A DNA stretch of 32,000 nucleotides, taken from contig NZ_LN831039.1 in assembly GCF_001457595.1 (NCBI RefSeq), forward strand, positions 1,440,001 through 1,472,000, given 5' to 3'. Below are positions 1-9,826 of the stretch, piece by piece (the first letter of the stretch is position 1; the number at the start of each line of letters is the position of its first letter). The position numbers and the translations under genes are program-made. The DNA is from Mycolicibacterium smegmatis. GTDB taxonomy: Bacteria; Actinomycetota; Actinomycetes; Mycobacteriales; Mycobacteriaceae. The notes beneath the pieces are model-generated. The model ran no database searches, was not told the origin of the DNA, and saw nothing but the letters and a program-made list of their open reading frames with translations.

Positions 1-1207
1 TGAACGATTCGCGCAGCTGTGCGGCGGCCGCGTCGAGGTCGACCCCGGCCGCACCGAGCAGCGTCGGCACCAGATCGACATGCGACGTCGGCGCATCGAC
101 GGTGCGGGCCTCGGTCGCCTCGGAGCCGATGCGGGCGATGACGAACGGCACGCGGGTGGCCTCGTCGTACAGGTTGAACCACTTCTGGTGCAGCCCGCCG
201 TGCGCGCCCAGCAGCTCACCGTGATCGGAAGTGCGCACCAGCACCGCATTTTCGGAACCGCCCTCGGTGACGGCGCGGCGCACCCGGTCGATCGGTCCGT
301 CCACCTCGGCGTGCAGCCGGTAGTACAGATCGCGGTACTCCTGCGCCTTGCGGCGGTAGGTGCGCTCGACGGCCATCGCCGGGCCGTACCCGGTGTAGTA
401 CGCCTCGCGGAACGCGATCTGTGCGGCCGGTTTGTCGCGCAGATCCTCCTCGGCGGTCGGTGCCGGGGGAATGTGCGGGGGATCGAGCTCCGAGGGACCG
501 AACGGCATGCGCCGCGACCACGCCGGGAACAGCACGATGTCGTGCGGGTTGACGAAGCTCGCCACCAACAGGAACGGCCGCAGCGCGTCGGGATCGCCCG
601 CGCGCCGGCGCGCGTACCGGTCCTCCAACCACGCCACCACACGGTCGGCGACGATCGGGTCGCGCCGGAAACCGCTGTTGGACATGGCCGCTCCGTGCGG
701 CTCGGGCCCCACCCAGCCGGAGAATCCGAACGGCGCCAGCGGATCGGCCTCCAGGTAGGCCTGCACGGCGGCCTGGTCGATCACGCCGTCGTCGTCATTG
801 GTGGCCAGCGGCTCCCCGGTGGCGGGATCTTCGAGGTCGGCGTGCGAGATGTGCCATTTGCCGTCGTAGTGGGTGTCGTATCCGGCGGCGCGGAACCAGT
901 TGCCCAGCGTGGGCACCTCACCGCGGCGCAGCCAGCGCAGCCGGGAATCGTCGTAGCGCTTGCCCAGCCCGTCGGTCTGGGTGACACCGTGCAGATCGGG
1001 GTACTGGCCGGTGAACATGGTCGGCCGGCTCGGCACACACGCCAGCGACCCGGTGTAGTGGCGGGTGAAGTTGACGCCGTGCTCGTCGAACCAGCGCCGT
1101 CCGGTGAGCGTGCGCTGGCGCCAGGCGAGCACCGAAGACGACTCGTACGGCGGGATCGCGCGTTCCTCGTCGGTCATCACGATGACGATGTCGGGACGGT
1201 CGGTCAT
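1..1207 (-). CDS. Sulfatase (Cys-type, formylglycine-dependent); C-terminus lies beyond the left window edge
   Basis: Minus-strand ORF absent from the track because its stop lies outside the window. Hand translation from ATG (1207-1205) gives MTDRPDIVIVMTDEERAIPPYE.... It contains the sulfatase signature LACVPSRPTMFTGQYP (C-x-P-x-R) and TSDHGELLGAHGG. A 4-bp ATGA overlap joins it to the upstream SRPBCC gene. Confidence 0.8.
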   Translation of the reverse strand, partial: MTDRPDIVIVMTDEERAIPPYESSSVLAWRQRTLTGRRWFDEHGVNFTRHYTGSLACVPSRPTMFTGQYPDLHGVTQTDGLGKRYDDSRLRWLRRGEVPTLGNWFRAAGYDTHYDGKWHISHADLEDPATGEPLATNDDDGVIDQAAVQAYLEADPLAPFGFSGWVGPEPHGAAMSNSGFRRDPIVADRVVAWLEDRYARRRAGDPDALRPFLLVASFVNPHDIVLFPAWSRRMPFGPSELDPPHIPPAPTAEEDLRDKPAAQIAFREAYYTGYGPAMAVERTYRRKAQEYRDLYYRLHAEVDGPIDRVRRAVTEGGSENAVLVRTSDHGELLGAHGGLHQKWFNLYDEATRVPFVIARIGSEATEARTVDAPTSHVDLVPTLLGAAGVDLDAAAAQLRESF

Positions 1208-1641
1208 GTTCTAGCTCCCATCGTGCGGGCGAGCCCGTCGAGCATGGCGTCGGATTGTTTGGCCAGCACCCGCGCGGTGACAGCCGAGGTGACCAGGGAG
1301 GCGAACCCGGCCGGGTCGACGGTGCTGGTCACGGTCACCTCGGTGCCCGCGCCGGCCGGGCGCAGCGTCCACCGGTTGGTCAGCCGGCCCATCCACGACG
1401 GCAGACCCTCGATCGCGTAGGCCAGCGTCGAGGGCTCCCGGAACTCGGTGATGCGCTCCACCAGCACCGTGCGGCCCACCTGGACGCGGCGCGTGGTGCC
1501 CAGCACCTCGGGGTGCGCATTGAGCACGCAGGAATGATCGATCTTGCCGGCCCACCTGCTCAACGCACCGAAATCGGCCAGGACATCCCAGATCGCCTGC
1601 TGCGGTGCGGGTATCACCCGGCTGCGGCTTGCCTGTCCCAT
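1204..1641 (-). CDS. SRPBCC (START/polyketide cyclase-dehydrase-like) family protein
   Basis: The last 145 aa of track ORF 1204..2067 (MGQASRSRVIPAPQQAIWDVLADFGALSRWAG...TNRWTLRPAGAGTEVTVT...) look SRPBCC-like. The upstream part of that ORF is Arg/Pro/Ser-rich and antisense to the helicase gene, so I placed the start at the in-frame ATG 1641. Confidence 0.7.
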   Translation of the reverse strand: MGQASRSRVIPAPQQAIWDVLADFGALSRWAGKIDHSCVLNAHPEVLGTTRRVQVGRTVLVERITEFREPSTLAYAIEGLPSWMGRLTNRWTLRPAGAGTEVTVTSTVDPAGFASLVTSAVTARVLAKQSDAMLDGLARTMGART

Positions 1642-1807
1642 AGGGCCATGAAACACGATGTGCCGACGTTCCGAGGCGAACTCAGGCCAACACGTCGCGA
1701 ATGGCGTCGTCGAGGGACTCGCCGGATTGAAAACACCTGCCGAAAGACGCCGGAATTGTCGCCGGTGTCGGTTAGCCTCGCCACGAATACCGCGAGGGGG
1801 AGCCAGT

Positions 1808-3457
1808 GTGATCGATTCGCCCAACGAGCCGCCGCGGCTGGCCAACGCCGCCGAACGCCGCACCTGGGAAGCGCTCGTCGACCAGGCGCAACCCGACGAC
1901 CTCGTGGTGCCCGGCCAGCGGGTCACCGACCACCTCAAGGACCACGAGGTCGACTTCGTCGTCGGCCTCGAAGGTGCGGGCATCGTGTGCCTGGAGGTCA
2001 AGGGCGGCGAGGTGTGGCACGACGGCGACGGCTGGCGGCAGACGCGCGGCGGTCGGCAGTGCGCCATCGAACCGGTACGCCAGGCCCGCGAAGCCTGTTA
2101 TGCACTACGGGATTTCGTCGAAAAAGATCCCCGCTGGACGCAGGGCCGGTTGCGGTGGGATCACGTCGTGGTGCTGCCCAACACCGAACTGCCCGCGGAC
2201 TTCGGGCTGCCCGAATGTCCCCGCTGGAAGGTCATCGACCGCAACGACCTGCCGAACCTGGTCGACCTGCTGCGCGAGGTGCTGCTCAAACAGGAACTCG
2301 ACCGGCCGCTGCTGACCGGCGACGGCGTCGAGCAACTGCGGGTCGCCCTGAGCGGCAGAGGATTACCGCAACGCGACGTCGTCGCACGCGCACTGGCCAA
2401 CGAGGACGCCGCCGACACCCTCACCGAACAGCAGGCCGTCATCCTCAACGCCGCGCGCCTGCTCAACCGCATCGAGGTGCGCGGCGGCGCGGGCAGCGGC
2501 AAGACGTTCCTGGCGATGGAGCAGGCCCGCCGCCTCGCTCAGGACGGGCAGCGGGTCGCGCTGGTCTGCTACTCGCACGGGCTGGCGTCATACCTGGAGC
2601 GGGTCACCGCGACCTGGCCGCGCCGCCAGCAGCCCGCCTACGTCGGCGAGTTCCACGCCCTCGGCGTCCAGTGGGGCGCCCCGGAAGGTCCCGACGAGGC
2701 CCTGCGCACCGAGCAGACCGTCCAGTTCTGGGAACACGACCTGCCCAGCCAGATGACCGAACTGGCAGCACAACTCGAACCGGGACACCGGTTCGACGCG
2801 GTCGTCGTCGACGAGGCGCAGGATTTCGCCGACGCGTGGTGGGACCCGCTGCTCGGCGCGCTGCGAGACCCGGTGGAGAGCGGGCTGTACGTGTTCAGCG
2901 ACGAGGGTCAGCGCGTGTTCAACCGGTACGGGTCCCCGCCGGTGCCGCTGGTGCCGCTGATCCTCGACCACAACGTGCGCAACACCCGGCAGATCGCCAA
3001 CGCGTTCCAGCCGCTGGTCGATCACCCGATGCGGTTCCTGGGCGGCGACGGCCCACAGGTCACGTTCGTCGCGTGCGACCGCGACGATGCGCTCGGCGTC
3101 GGCGACGATCAGGTGGACTCGCTGCTCGATGCCGGCTGGCGCCCCGAGGACATCGCGCTTCTGACCACCGGCAGCCGCCACCCCGAACAGGTCGAACGCC
3201 AACGCGACGGCAACACGGCCTACTGGGACACGTTCTGGGACACCGATCAGGTGTTCTACGGCCACGTCCTGGGCTTCAAGGGCCTGGAACGGCGCTGTGT
3301 GGTGCTGGTGATCAACGAACAGAACAAGTTCGACCGCTCCCGCGAACGCCTCTATGTCGGATTGTCCCGTGCGCGTGACCAACTCGTGGTGTGCGGCGAC
3401 CCGGAGTTCATCTGCGACGTCGGCGGGGCCGATCTGGCGCGGCGGCTGGGGATCTGA
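1808..3457 (+). CDS. NERD (PD-(D/E)xK nuclease-related) domain fused to an SF1/UvrD-like P-loop helicase
   Basis: Track ORF 1658..3457. The N-terminus has DHEVDFVVGLEGAGIVCLEVKGG (a D...E-x-K nuclease-like motif). Helicase motifs are Walker A GGAGSGKT, Walker B VVVDEAQD, and the C-terminal GFKGLERRCVVLV / YVGLSRARDQLVV typical of UvrD_C-like ends. I chose GTG 1808 as start because GAGGGGGA lies about 8 nt upstream; the start remains uncertain. Confidence 0.8.
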   Translation: MIDSPNEPPRLANAAERRTWEALVDQAQPDDLVVPGQRVTDHLKDHEVDFVVGLEGAGIVCLEVKGGEVWHDGDGWRQTRGGRQCAIEPVRQAREACYALRDFVEKDPRWTQGRLRWDHVVVLPNTELPADFGLPECPRWKVIDRNDLPNLVDLLREVLLKQELDRPLLTGDGVEQLRVALSGRGLPQRDVVARALANEDAADTLTEQQAVILNAARLLNRIEVRGGAGSGKTFLAMEQARRLAQDGQRVALVCYSHGLASYLERVTATWPRRQQPAYVGEFHALGVQWGAPEGPDEALRTEQTVQFWEHDLPSQMTELAAQLEPGHRFDAVVVDEAQDFADAWWDPLLGALRDPVESGLYVFSDEGQRVFNRYGSPPVPLVPLILDHNVRNTRQIANAFQPLVDHPMRFLGGDGPQVTFVACDRDDALGVGDDQVDSLLDAGWRPEDIALLTTGSRHPEQVERQRDGNTAYWDTFWDTDQVFYGHVLGFKGLERRCVVLVINEQNKFDRSRERLYVGLSRARDQLVVCGDPEFICDVGGADLARRLGI

Positions 3458-3467
3458 CCGCCCGACG

Positions 3468-4271
3468 TCAGGGATTCCGGTGTGTCGGGGTGTAGACCAC
3501 GAGCTGAAGCTCGGGTTGATCCGACGGACGCAGCTGGTGGTGCTCATAGGTCACCACGCCGAACTCGGGATGGTGGAACACCCGCTCGCGTGACTCGAAG
3601 CCACGGATGTCGTGGCGCTCCCACCCCGCCCGGAACTCGTCACTGGCCTCCGACAACCGCTCGATCAACCCGAGCAGCGTGGGATTGCCCAGGCGCGGGC
3701 CGATTTCGGCGCGGAACTCCGCGAGGAAACGTTGGCTGGTCACCGGCCAGTCGTCGAGCAGATCTCGCACGAACGGGTCGGTGAACACCGCCCACAGGAG
3801 GTTGCGCTCGGCGGGCGGCGTGGTCGCGACGTTGGGGTACAGGCGTTGGTAGGCCGCGTTCCACCCGGCGATGCCCCACTCCGGCGTCAGCGCGTAGGCG
3901 GGGTTGTCGCCGATCGCATCGAGCAGGCGCTGCACATGCCCGGGGACGTCGGTGACGTCGTCCGCGGGAGCCGCCGACACCGGCGCGAACCCGGCCAGCG
4001 TCAGCACATAGCGATGCTGCGCCGCGCTGAGGCGCAGGGTGCGGCTGACCGCGTCGAGCACCTGCCGCGACGGGTTGATGTCGCGGCCCTGCTCGAGCCA
4101 CGTGTACCACGTGACGCTGACCCCCGACAGGTACGAGACCTCCTCACGGCGCAGCCCCACCGTGCGGTTACGGCCCGCGGGCGGCAGGCCGAAGTCGGCA
4201 CGGTTCAGACGCTCACGGCTCGCACGCAGGAACGCGCCGAGTTCGGCACGGTGCTCCTCCTGGGTCGCCAT
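3468..4271 (-). CDS. MmyB-like XRE-family HTH transcriptional regulator
   Basis: The N-terminus LGAFLRASRERLNRADFGLPPAGRNRTVGLRREEVSYLSGVSVTWYTWLEQGR is the hallmark of MmyB-type regulators. It is followed by a ligand-binding-like C-terminal domain. The gene is divergent from ilvD. Confidence 0.85.
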   Translation of the reverse strand: MATQEEHRAELGAFLRASRERLNRADFGLPPAGRNRTVGLRREEVSYLSGVSVTWYTWLEQGRDINPSRQVLDAVSRTLRLSAAQHRYVLTLAGFAPVSAAPADDVTDVPGHVQRLLDAIGDNPAYALTPEWGIAGWNAAYQRLYPNVATTPPAERNLLWAVFTDPFVRDLLDDWPVTSQRFLAEFRAEIGPRLGNPTLLGLIERLSEASDEFRAGWERHDIRGFESRERVFHHPEFGVVTYEHHQLRPSDQPELQLVVYTPTHRNP

Positions 4272-4330
4272 GCCCCGAGACTAGTGCTCTCACTACTAGT
4301 GGTGAGGCCGTCTTCCGCCGCGACGCGCTG

Positions 4331-4349
4331 ATGCGGACAGTGTCCGCAT
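4331..4349. promoter_or_regulatory. 19-bp palindrome ATGCGGACA-G-TGTCCGCAT overlapping the ilvD start codon
   Basis: Read directly: the 9-bp arms are perfectly complementary. It sits in the 76-bp divergent intergenic region between the MmyB-like regulator and ilvD, and no obvious SD precedes the ATG. It could be an operator or a start-codon-occluding hairpin. Confidence 0.3.
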
Positions 4350-6216
4350 GGCATCTTCTTCCATTCCCCTGCGGTCCCGGACGGTGACGCACGGACGCAA
4401 CATGGCAGGTGCCCGGGCGTTGCTGCGCGCCGCCGGGGTGGCCCGCGAAGACTTCGGCAAGCCCATCGTCGCGGTCGCCAACAGCTTCACCGAGTTCGTG
4501 CCGGGCCACACGCATCTGCAGCCGGTCGGCCGGATCGTGTCGGACGCCATCCGCGCGGCAGGCGGCATCCCGCGCGAGTTCAACACCATCGCCGTCGACG
4601 ACGGCATCGCGATGGGCCACTCGGGCATGCTCTACTCGCTGCCCTCGCGCGACCTGATCGCCGACTCGGTCGAATACATGGTCCAGGCCCACAAAGCCGA
4701 TGCGCTGGTGTGCATCTCGAACTGCGACAAGATCACACCAGGCATGCTGATGGCCGCGCTGCGACTCAACGTGCCGACGGTGTTCGTGTCCGGTGGCCCC
4801 ATGGAGGGCGGCCGCGCCACGCTGGTCGACGGCCGGGTGCGCACCGGGCTGCATCTCATCGACTCGATGAGCGGGGCCGCCGACCCCACCACCAGCGACG
4901 AGGACCTGGCGCGCATCGAGGAGGCCGCGTGCCCGACGTGCGGCTCGTGTTCGGGCATGTTCACCGCCAACTCGATGAACTGCCTGGTCGAGGCCCTCGG
5001 CCTGGCACTGCCGGGCAACGGTTCCCTGCTGGCCACCCACACCGCGCGAAAGGCGCTGTACCAGAACGCAGGCCGCACCGTCATGGAGCTCGCCGAACGG
5101 TACTACGACCAGGGCGACGTCTCGGTCCTGCCACGAGCGATCGCGTCGCGCGCGGCGTTCGAGAACGCGATGGCGATGGACATCGCGATGGGCGGCTCGA
5201 CCAACACCGTGCTGCACCTGCTGGCCGCCGCACACGAGGCCGATCTGGACTTCGCCATCACCGAGATCGATGAGATCTCGCGACGCATACCGTGCCTGTG
5301 CAAGGTCGCGCCCAACGGCTCCTATCTGATGGAGGACGTCCACCGCGCCGGCGGCATCCCCGCGATCCTCGGCGAACTGCACCGCGCCGGGTTGCTGGCC
5401 AAGGATGTCCACGCCATCCACGCCGCCACGCTCGACGACTGGCTCGACGCCTGGGACATCCGCGCCGCCGACCCCTCCGATGCGGCCGTCGACCTGTTCC
5501 ACGCCGCGCCGGGCGGGCGCCGCAGCGCGACCGCGTTCTCGCAGTCCGAACGGTGGGAGAGCCTGGACCTCGACGCCGCGGCCGGCTGTATCCGCGATGT
5601 CGACCACGCCTATTCGCCCGATGGCGGACTGGCGATTTTGACCGGCAACCTGGCGCCCGACGGCGCGGTGGTCAAGACCGCGGGCGTCGACGAGACCCTG
5701 CTGATCTTCACCGGCCCCGCCGTGGTGGTCGAGTCCCAAGAGGAGGCGGTCGACGCCATTCTCGGTGACCGGATCACGGCAGGCGACGTCCTGGTGGTGC
5801 GCTATGAAGGCCCGCGCGGCGGGCCGGGTATGCAGGAGATGCTCTACCCGACGTCGTTCCTGAAGGGACGCGGGCTCGGGAAGTCCTGCGCACTCATCAC
5901 CGACGGGCGTTTCTCGGGCGGCAGCTCCGGACTGTCGATCGGGCACGTGTCGCCCGAGGCCGCGGCCGGTGGGCCGATCGCGTTGATTCGTGACGGTGAC
6001 CGGGTCACGATCGACATCCCCTCCCGGACAGTCACTCTCGACGTCGACGGCGACGAGCTCGCGCGGCGGCGCGACGAACTGCTGGCCTCCGGAGGCTACC
6101 GGCCCCGTGACCGGGTGCGTCCGGTGTCGGCCGCGCTTCGTGCCTATGCACTGCTGGCCACCTCAGCCGATCGCGGCGCCGTCCGCGACGTCGACAACGT
6201 GGTGAGCACCCGCTGA
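4348..6216 (+). CDS. ilvD: Dihydroxy-acid dehydratase
   Basis: 622 aa. [75 protein letters not shown] and SGGPMEGG closely track the long-form IlvD as in E. coli. Confidence 0.9.
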   Translation: MASSSIPLRSRTVTHGRNMAGARALLRAAGVAREDFGKPIVAVANSFTEFVPGHTHLQPVGRIVSDAIRAAGGIPREFNTIAVDDGIAMGHSGMLYSLPSRDLIADSVEYMVQAHKADALVCISNCDKITPGMLMAALRLNVPTVFVSGGPMEGGRATLVDGRVRTGLHLIDSMSGAADPTTSDEDLARIEEAACPTCGSCSGMFTANSMNCLVEALGLALPGNGSLLATHTARKALYQNAGRTVMELAERYYDQGDVSVLPRAIASRAAFENAMAMDIAMGGSTNTVLHLLAAAHEADLDFAITEIDEISRRIPCLCKVAPNGSYLMEDVHRAGGIPAILGELHRAGLLAKDVHAIHAATLDDWLDAWDIRAADPSDAAVDLFHAAPGGRRSATAFSQSERWESLDLDAAAGCIRDVDHAYSPDGGLAILTGNLAPDGAVVKTAGVDETLLIFTGPAVVVESQEEAVDAILGDRITAGDVLVVRYEGPRGGPGMQEMLYPTSFLKGRGLGKSCALITDGRFSGGSSGLSIGHVSPEAAAGGPIALIRDGDRVTIDIPSRTVTLDVDGDELARRRDELLASGGYRPRDRVRPVSAALRAYALLATSADRGAVRDVDNVVSTR

Positions 6217-6218
6217 AC

Positions 6219-8900
6219 TCACGCACGCCCTTGCTGCAGCGCCCGCCAGATCCGCGCGGGCGTCATCGGCAGCTCGCGCGGACGAACCCCGACAGCCCGC
6301 GCAATCGCATTGGCGAGCGCCGGGGCGACGGGGTTGTACGGTGATTCGCTCATCGACTTGGCGCCGAGCGGACCGAGCTCGTCGTACGTGTCCGCGAAAT
6401 ACACCTTGGTCTGCGGGATATCGGCGAGCTGGGGGATGTGGTAGTTGCGCAAGGTCTGGGTGAGCACCCTGCCGTCGGCGCCGACCCGCATCTCCTCGTA
6501 CAGCGCCGAACCGATCGCCTGTGCCACACCGCCTTCCACCTGACCGCGGCACTGCTCGGGGTTGAGCACCACACCGGCGTCGGCCGCCTGCACCGACTGC
6601 AGGATCCGCACCTCGCCGGTCTCGGGGTTGACCGCCACCCGGAAACCCTGCACGTTGAACGCCACCGAGCGGGGCGTGCCGTCGTGATGCCCGGTCGCCG
6701 ACAACGGCAACGCCAGCTCGGTGAACGGCACGAACCGGTCGCGGCACTGCACACCATGCGGACCCACGACGCACGACACCGCGTCCACACCGGTCAGCTC
6801 GGCCGCGGCGCGTTCGATCGCGGCGCGCAGCGCGACGCACGCCTGATGCACCGCACGCCCGGCCACGACGATGCCCGCCGATCCGAAGGCGCCGGTGTCG
6901 TAACCCGATGCATCGGTATCGGACTGGCGGATGCTCACCCGGTCGACGGTGGTGTTCATCAGCGTCGCGACCAGTTGTGAGTGCACGGTGGTGGTGCCGT
7001 TGCCGAATTCGGCTGTCCCCACCGACAACTCGTAACGTCCGTCATCAAGCAGTGTCACGGTGGCGTCGGCGAAATGGCCCCGCGGTGGGAGCGTCGCGAT
7101 CATCGCGACCGCCATGCCCTCACCGACCTGCCAGCCCTGGGGCGCGACGGCACCGTTACCCGCGGCGAGCGCATTCTGTGTCAGGTCGAGGCACTGGTCC
7201 AGCCCGTAGCTGCCGAACAACAGGTCCTCGGGTTCGTGCGCATCGATCAGCCGGTCACCGGGGCGGACCACGTTTCGCCGTCGCAGCTCGAACGGATCGA
7301 TGCTCAGGCGTTGCGCGAGCTCGTCGAGGGCCGACTCGATCGCGAAGATCACCTGCCCCAGGCCGTAACCCCGGAACGCGCCCGACGGCAGATTGTTGGT
7401 GTACACCGACTGCGCGTCGATCCGTTTGTTCGCACACCGGTACACCGCAACCGATTCGGCGCAACCGTGGAACATCACACCGGGGCTGTGATTGCCGTAC
7501 GCGCCGGCATCGGTGAGGACGTCGACGGCCAGCGCCGTCAACGTGCCGTCCTCGTCGGCCGCCACCGTGACATCGACCCGGAACGGGTGTCGGCACGGCG
7601 CCATGGTGAACTCGTCGGACCGGCTGAACTCATAGCGCACCGGACGGCTCAGCCGCAGCACCGCCAACGCGACCAAATCCTCGACCAGCATTTCCTGCTT
7701 GGCGCCGAAACCACCGCCCACACGCGTGGCAAACACCCGCACCACGTCGCGGTCCAACCGGAAGATGCGGCACAGCTCGTCACGTACCAGGAACGGCACC
7801 TGGGTGCTGGTGCGGATGGTCAGCCGCCCGTCCTCGTCGACCCACCCCGTGCAGCCGTGGGTTTCCAGGTGCACGTGCTGCACCCGCTGCGTGCGATACC
7901 TCCCGCGGACCACGGTGTGCGCGGCGGCCACGGCCTGCTCCACATCACCGATGCCGCCGTGCAGTTCGGCGACGACGTTGCGCGACGGGTCGGCGATGCG
8001 GGCGTCGGGACCCTTGTCGGCATGCAGCAGCGGCGCGCCGGGGGAGCGCGCCTCGTCCGGATCGAACACTGCCGGCAACTGCTCGTACTCCACGGCGATT
8101 GCCCGGCAGGCCTTTTCCGCGGCGGCGACGCTGTCGGCGACCACCGCGGCGACCCGCTGGCCGACGAACCGCACGGTGCTGTCCAGCACGTAGGTGTCGT
8201 CCGGGTCGTCCTCGCGGATCTCGTGGCGTGCGGTGGAGAACGCAACGCGCGGCGCGTCGAGGTAGGTCAGCACCAGGTGCACGCCGGGTACGGCCTCGGC
8301 GGCGCTGGTGTCGATCGCGACGATGCGCGCGTGTGCCACCGGACTACCCAGCACCGCCAGGTGCAGCAGGCCTTCTGGTGTGTGGTCCATGGTGTACTGC
8401 TCGGTGCCGGTCGCGACCCGCACGGCGGCCGGTGCGCCAACTGAAGCGGTTGTGCCGCCGGATTTCTCGACGTTGCTGACGCCGTCGAGCGCATCGGTGA
8501 TGGACCGGTAGCCGGTGCAGCGGCACAGGTTGCCCTTGAGGTGCTCGGCCAGGTTGGCGCGCTGTTCTTCGGTGAACGTCGACGCGGTGGTGATCATGCC
8601 GGCCGTGCAGAAGCCGCACTGGAATCCCGCCGCTTCGACGAACCGGCGCTGCATCGGATGCAGATCTTCGGATGTGCCGAGGCCCGCAACGGTTTTCACG
8701 TCGCGACCGTCAGCGCGGAACGCCGGATATACACAGGAATGGACAGCAACGTCGTCGATCAGCACCGAGCATGCGCCGCAGTCCCCGGCGTCGCACCCCT
8801 TCTTGACCTCGAAGTGGCCGTGGTCGCGCAGGAAGGTGCGCAGACACTGCCCGGGCTGTGGGGCACCGGAGACGGGTTTGCCGTTGACGCGGACGCTCAT
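6219..8900 (-). CDS. Xanthine dehydrogenase-family Mo hydroxylase, fused [2Fe-2S] and molybdopterin-binding subunit
   Basis: 893 aa. The N-terminus carries two 2Fe-2S motifs (GCDAGDCGACSV; QCGFCTAGMI...CRCTGY). The remainder is an aldehyde oxidase/xanthine dehydrogenase a/b-hammerhead plus Moco domain. Its position in the urate-catabolism cluster suggests xanthine or hypoxanthine as substrate (inference). Confidence 0.85.
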   Translation of the reverse strand: MSVRVNGKPVSGAPQPGQCLRTFLRDHGHFEVKKGCDAGDCGACSVLIDDVAVHSCVYPAFRADGRDVKTVAGLGTSEDLHPMQRRFVEAAGFQCGFCTAGMITTASTFTEEQRANLAEHLKGNLCRCTGYRSITDALDGVSNVEKSGGTTASVGAPAAVRVATGTEQYTMDHTPEGLLHLAVLGSPVAHARIVAIDTSAAEAVPGVHLVLTYLDAPRVAFSTARHEIREDDPDDTYVLDSTVRFVGQRVAAVVADSVAAAEKACRAIAVEYEQLPAVFDPDEARSPGAPLLHADKGPDARIADPSRNVVAELHGGIGDVEQAVAAAHTVVRGRYRTQRVQHVHLETHGCTGWVDEDGRLTIRTSTQVPFLVRDELCRIFRLDRDVVRVFATRVGGGFGAKQEMLVEDLVALAVLRLSRPVRYEFSRSDEFTMAPCRHPFRVDVTVAADEDGTLTALAVDVLTDAGAYGNHSPGVMFHGCAESVAVYRCANKRIDAQSVYTNNLPSGAFRGYGLGQVIFAIESALDELAQRLSIDPFELRRRNVVRPGDRLIDAHEPEDLLFGSYGLDQCLDLTQNALAAGNGAVAPQGWQVGEGMAVAMIATLPPRGHFADATVTLLDDGRYELSVGTAEFGNGTTTVHSQLVATLMNTTVDRVSIRQSDTDASGYDTGAFGSAGIVVAGRAVHQACVALRAAIERAAAELTGVDAVSCVVGPHGVQCRDRFVPFTELALPLSATGHHDGTPRSVAFNVQGFRVAVNPETGEVRILQSVQAADAGVVLNPEQCRGQVEGGVAQAIGSALYEEMRVGADGRVLTQTLRNYHIPQLADIPQTKVYFADTYDELGPLGAKSMSESPYNPVAPALANAIARAVGVRPRELPMTPARIWRALQQGRA

Positions 8901-9730
8901 GTCAGCTCCGAACGGACCTGCTCGGCCAACACGAGCGTCATCGCCCGGCGCCAGTCCGGATCACCGTGCGGATCATCCGACCACGCGTCCGGCGGAATCG
9001 ACGCGTGCGCATCCTGGAGTTGATCCCGGCTGGGAACCCCGGGAAACGTGAACACGAACGGACGCACGGTCGCCGCGGTCACCGAGAGGACGAACCGTCC
9101 GCCGTCGGACTCGGTGTCGCGGCGGCCGATCACCACGATGCCGGAGCGCCCCAACGGCGACGGGGCGAGTTTGCGGTAGGACGTGCGGGCGCGCAGTGCG
9201 GCGGCGGGAAGATGCACCGAGCGCAGAACGTCCGTGGCGGCCAGGATGTTGGTGCCCGCCCCGGTGACCAGAGCGGCCACCGGCAGGCGGAAATCGTTGC
9301 CGTCGGAGCGCCACACCGTGGCCTCGCCGTCGAGCGCCGTGCACAACGAAATCATCGCTCCGGCCGGAAACGACAGACAGATGTTGCCGCCGACCGTGGC
9401 GCAGTGCCAGATCTTGAACGACGCCAACAACGCTCCGCAACATTGATGTAACAATGGCGCGGCTGTCCATTCGGTCCGGTGTTCCTGCAGATCGGCTGAC
9501 AGGCGGGCCACGTCGGCCAGCGTGCACGTCGCGGCGAGCTCGATCCCGCTGTCGCTCAACGTGACCGGCGGCCACCCCAATCCGGTGAGGTCCACGAGCC
9601 TGCGCAACTGCGGCTGCGGCTCGGAAAACAGCCAGGTCCCACCGGCCAACACCGCGTCGCCGGTCCCCAGTGGCCACAACTCGTCACGACGGGTCGGCCG
9701 GTCCACCACCTCGACGGTGTTGAGGTCCAT
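8897..9730 (-). CDS. FAD-binding subunit of the Mo hydroxylase (CoxM/XdhB-like)
   Basis: Track ORF 8897..9781. LAGGTWLF and the overall FAD_binding_5-like pattern fit. A 4-bp ATGA overlap joins it to the downstream FeS-Moco gene. I prefer ATG 9730 (MDLNTVEVVDRP) as start; GTG 9781 is the alternative. Confidence 0.75.
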   Translation of the reverse strand: MDLNTVEVVDRPTRRDELWPLGTGDAVLAGGTWLFSEPQPQLRRLVDLTGLGWPPVTLSDSGIELAATCTLADVARLSADLQEHRTEWTAAPLLHQCCGALLASFKIWHCATVGGNICLSFPAGAMISLCTALDGEATVWRSDGNDFRLPVAALVTGAGTNILAATDVLRSVHLPAAALRARTSYRKLAPSPLGRSGIVVIGRRDTESDGGRFVLSVTAATVRPFVFTFPGVPSRDQLQDAHASIPPDAWSDDPHGDPDWRRAMTLVLAEQVRSELT

Positions 9731-9826
9731 TCCCGCGACCGTAACCAAAGTGACCGCGCCGTGCAGCCTGAATCCCGGCACACCGCTCGGCGTGCGAACC
9801 GCCGCGATCTGTTCGATTCTTAGTCG

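Noticed and set aside
80-3378. Long + strand track ORFs 80..1420 (446 aa) and 1255..3378 (707 aa)
   Set aside because: Their translations are Arg/Gly/Pro/Ala-rich and low-complexity, and they are antisense or out of frame to genes with clear family motifs (sulfatase, SRPBCC, helicase). These are typical spurious ORFs of high-GC DNA. The same reasoning applies to 4213..5946(-), 6981..8444(+), 10121..11152(-), 13390..14649(-), 15231..16355(-), 17443..18384(-), 20252..21226(-), 26368..27627(+) and 29213..30592(+).
9731-9826. Possible purine riboswitch or operator in the divergent region between the Mo-hydroxylase operon and the permease
   Set aside because: No purine-riboswitch-like conserved core could be recognised. 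There is only a weak 8-bp inverted repeat (GTGCGAACC / GGTCGCAC).
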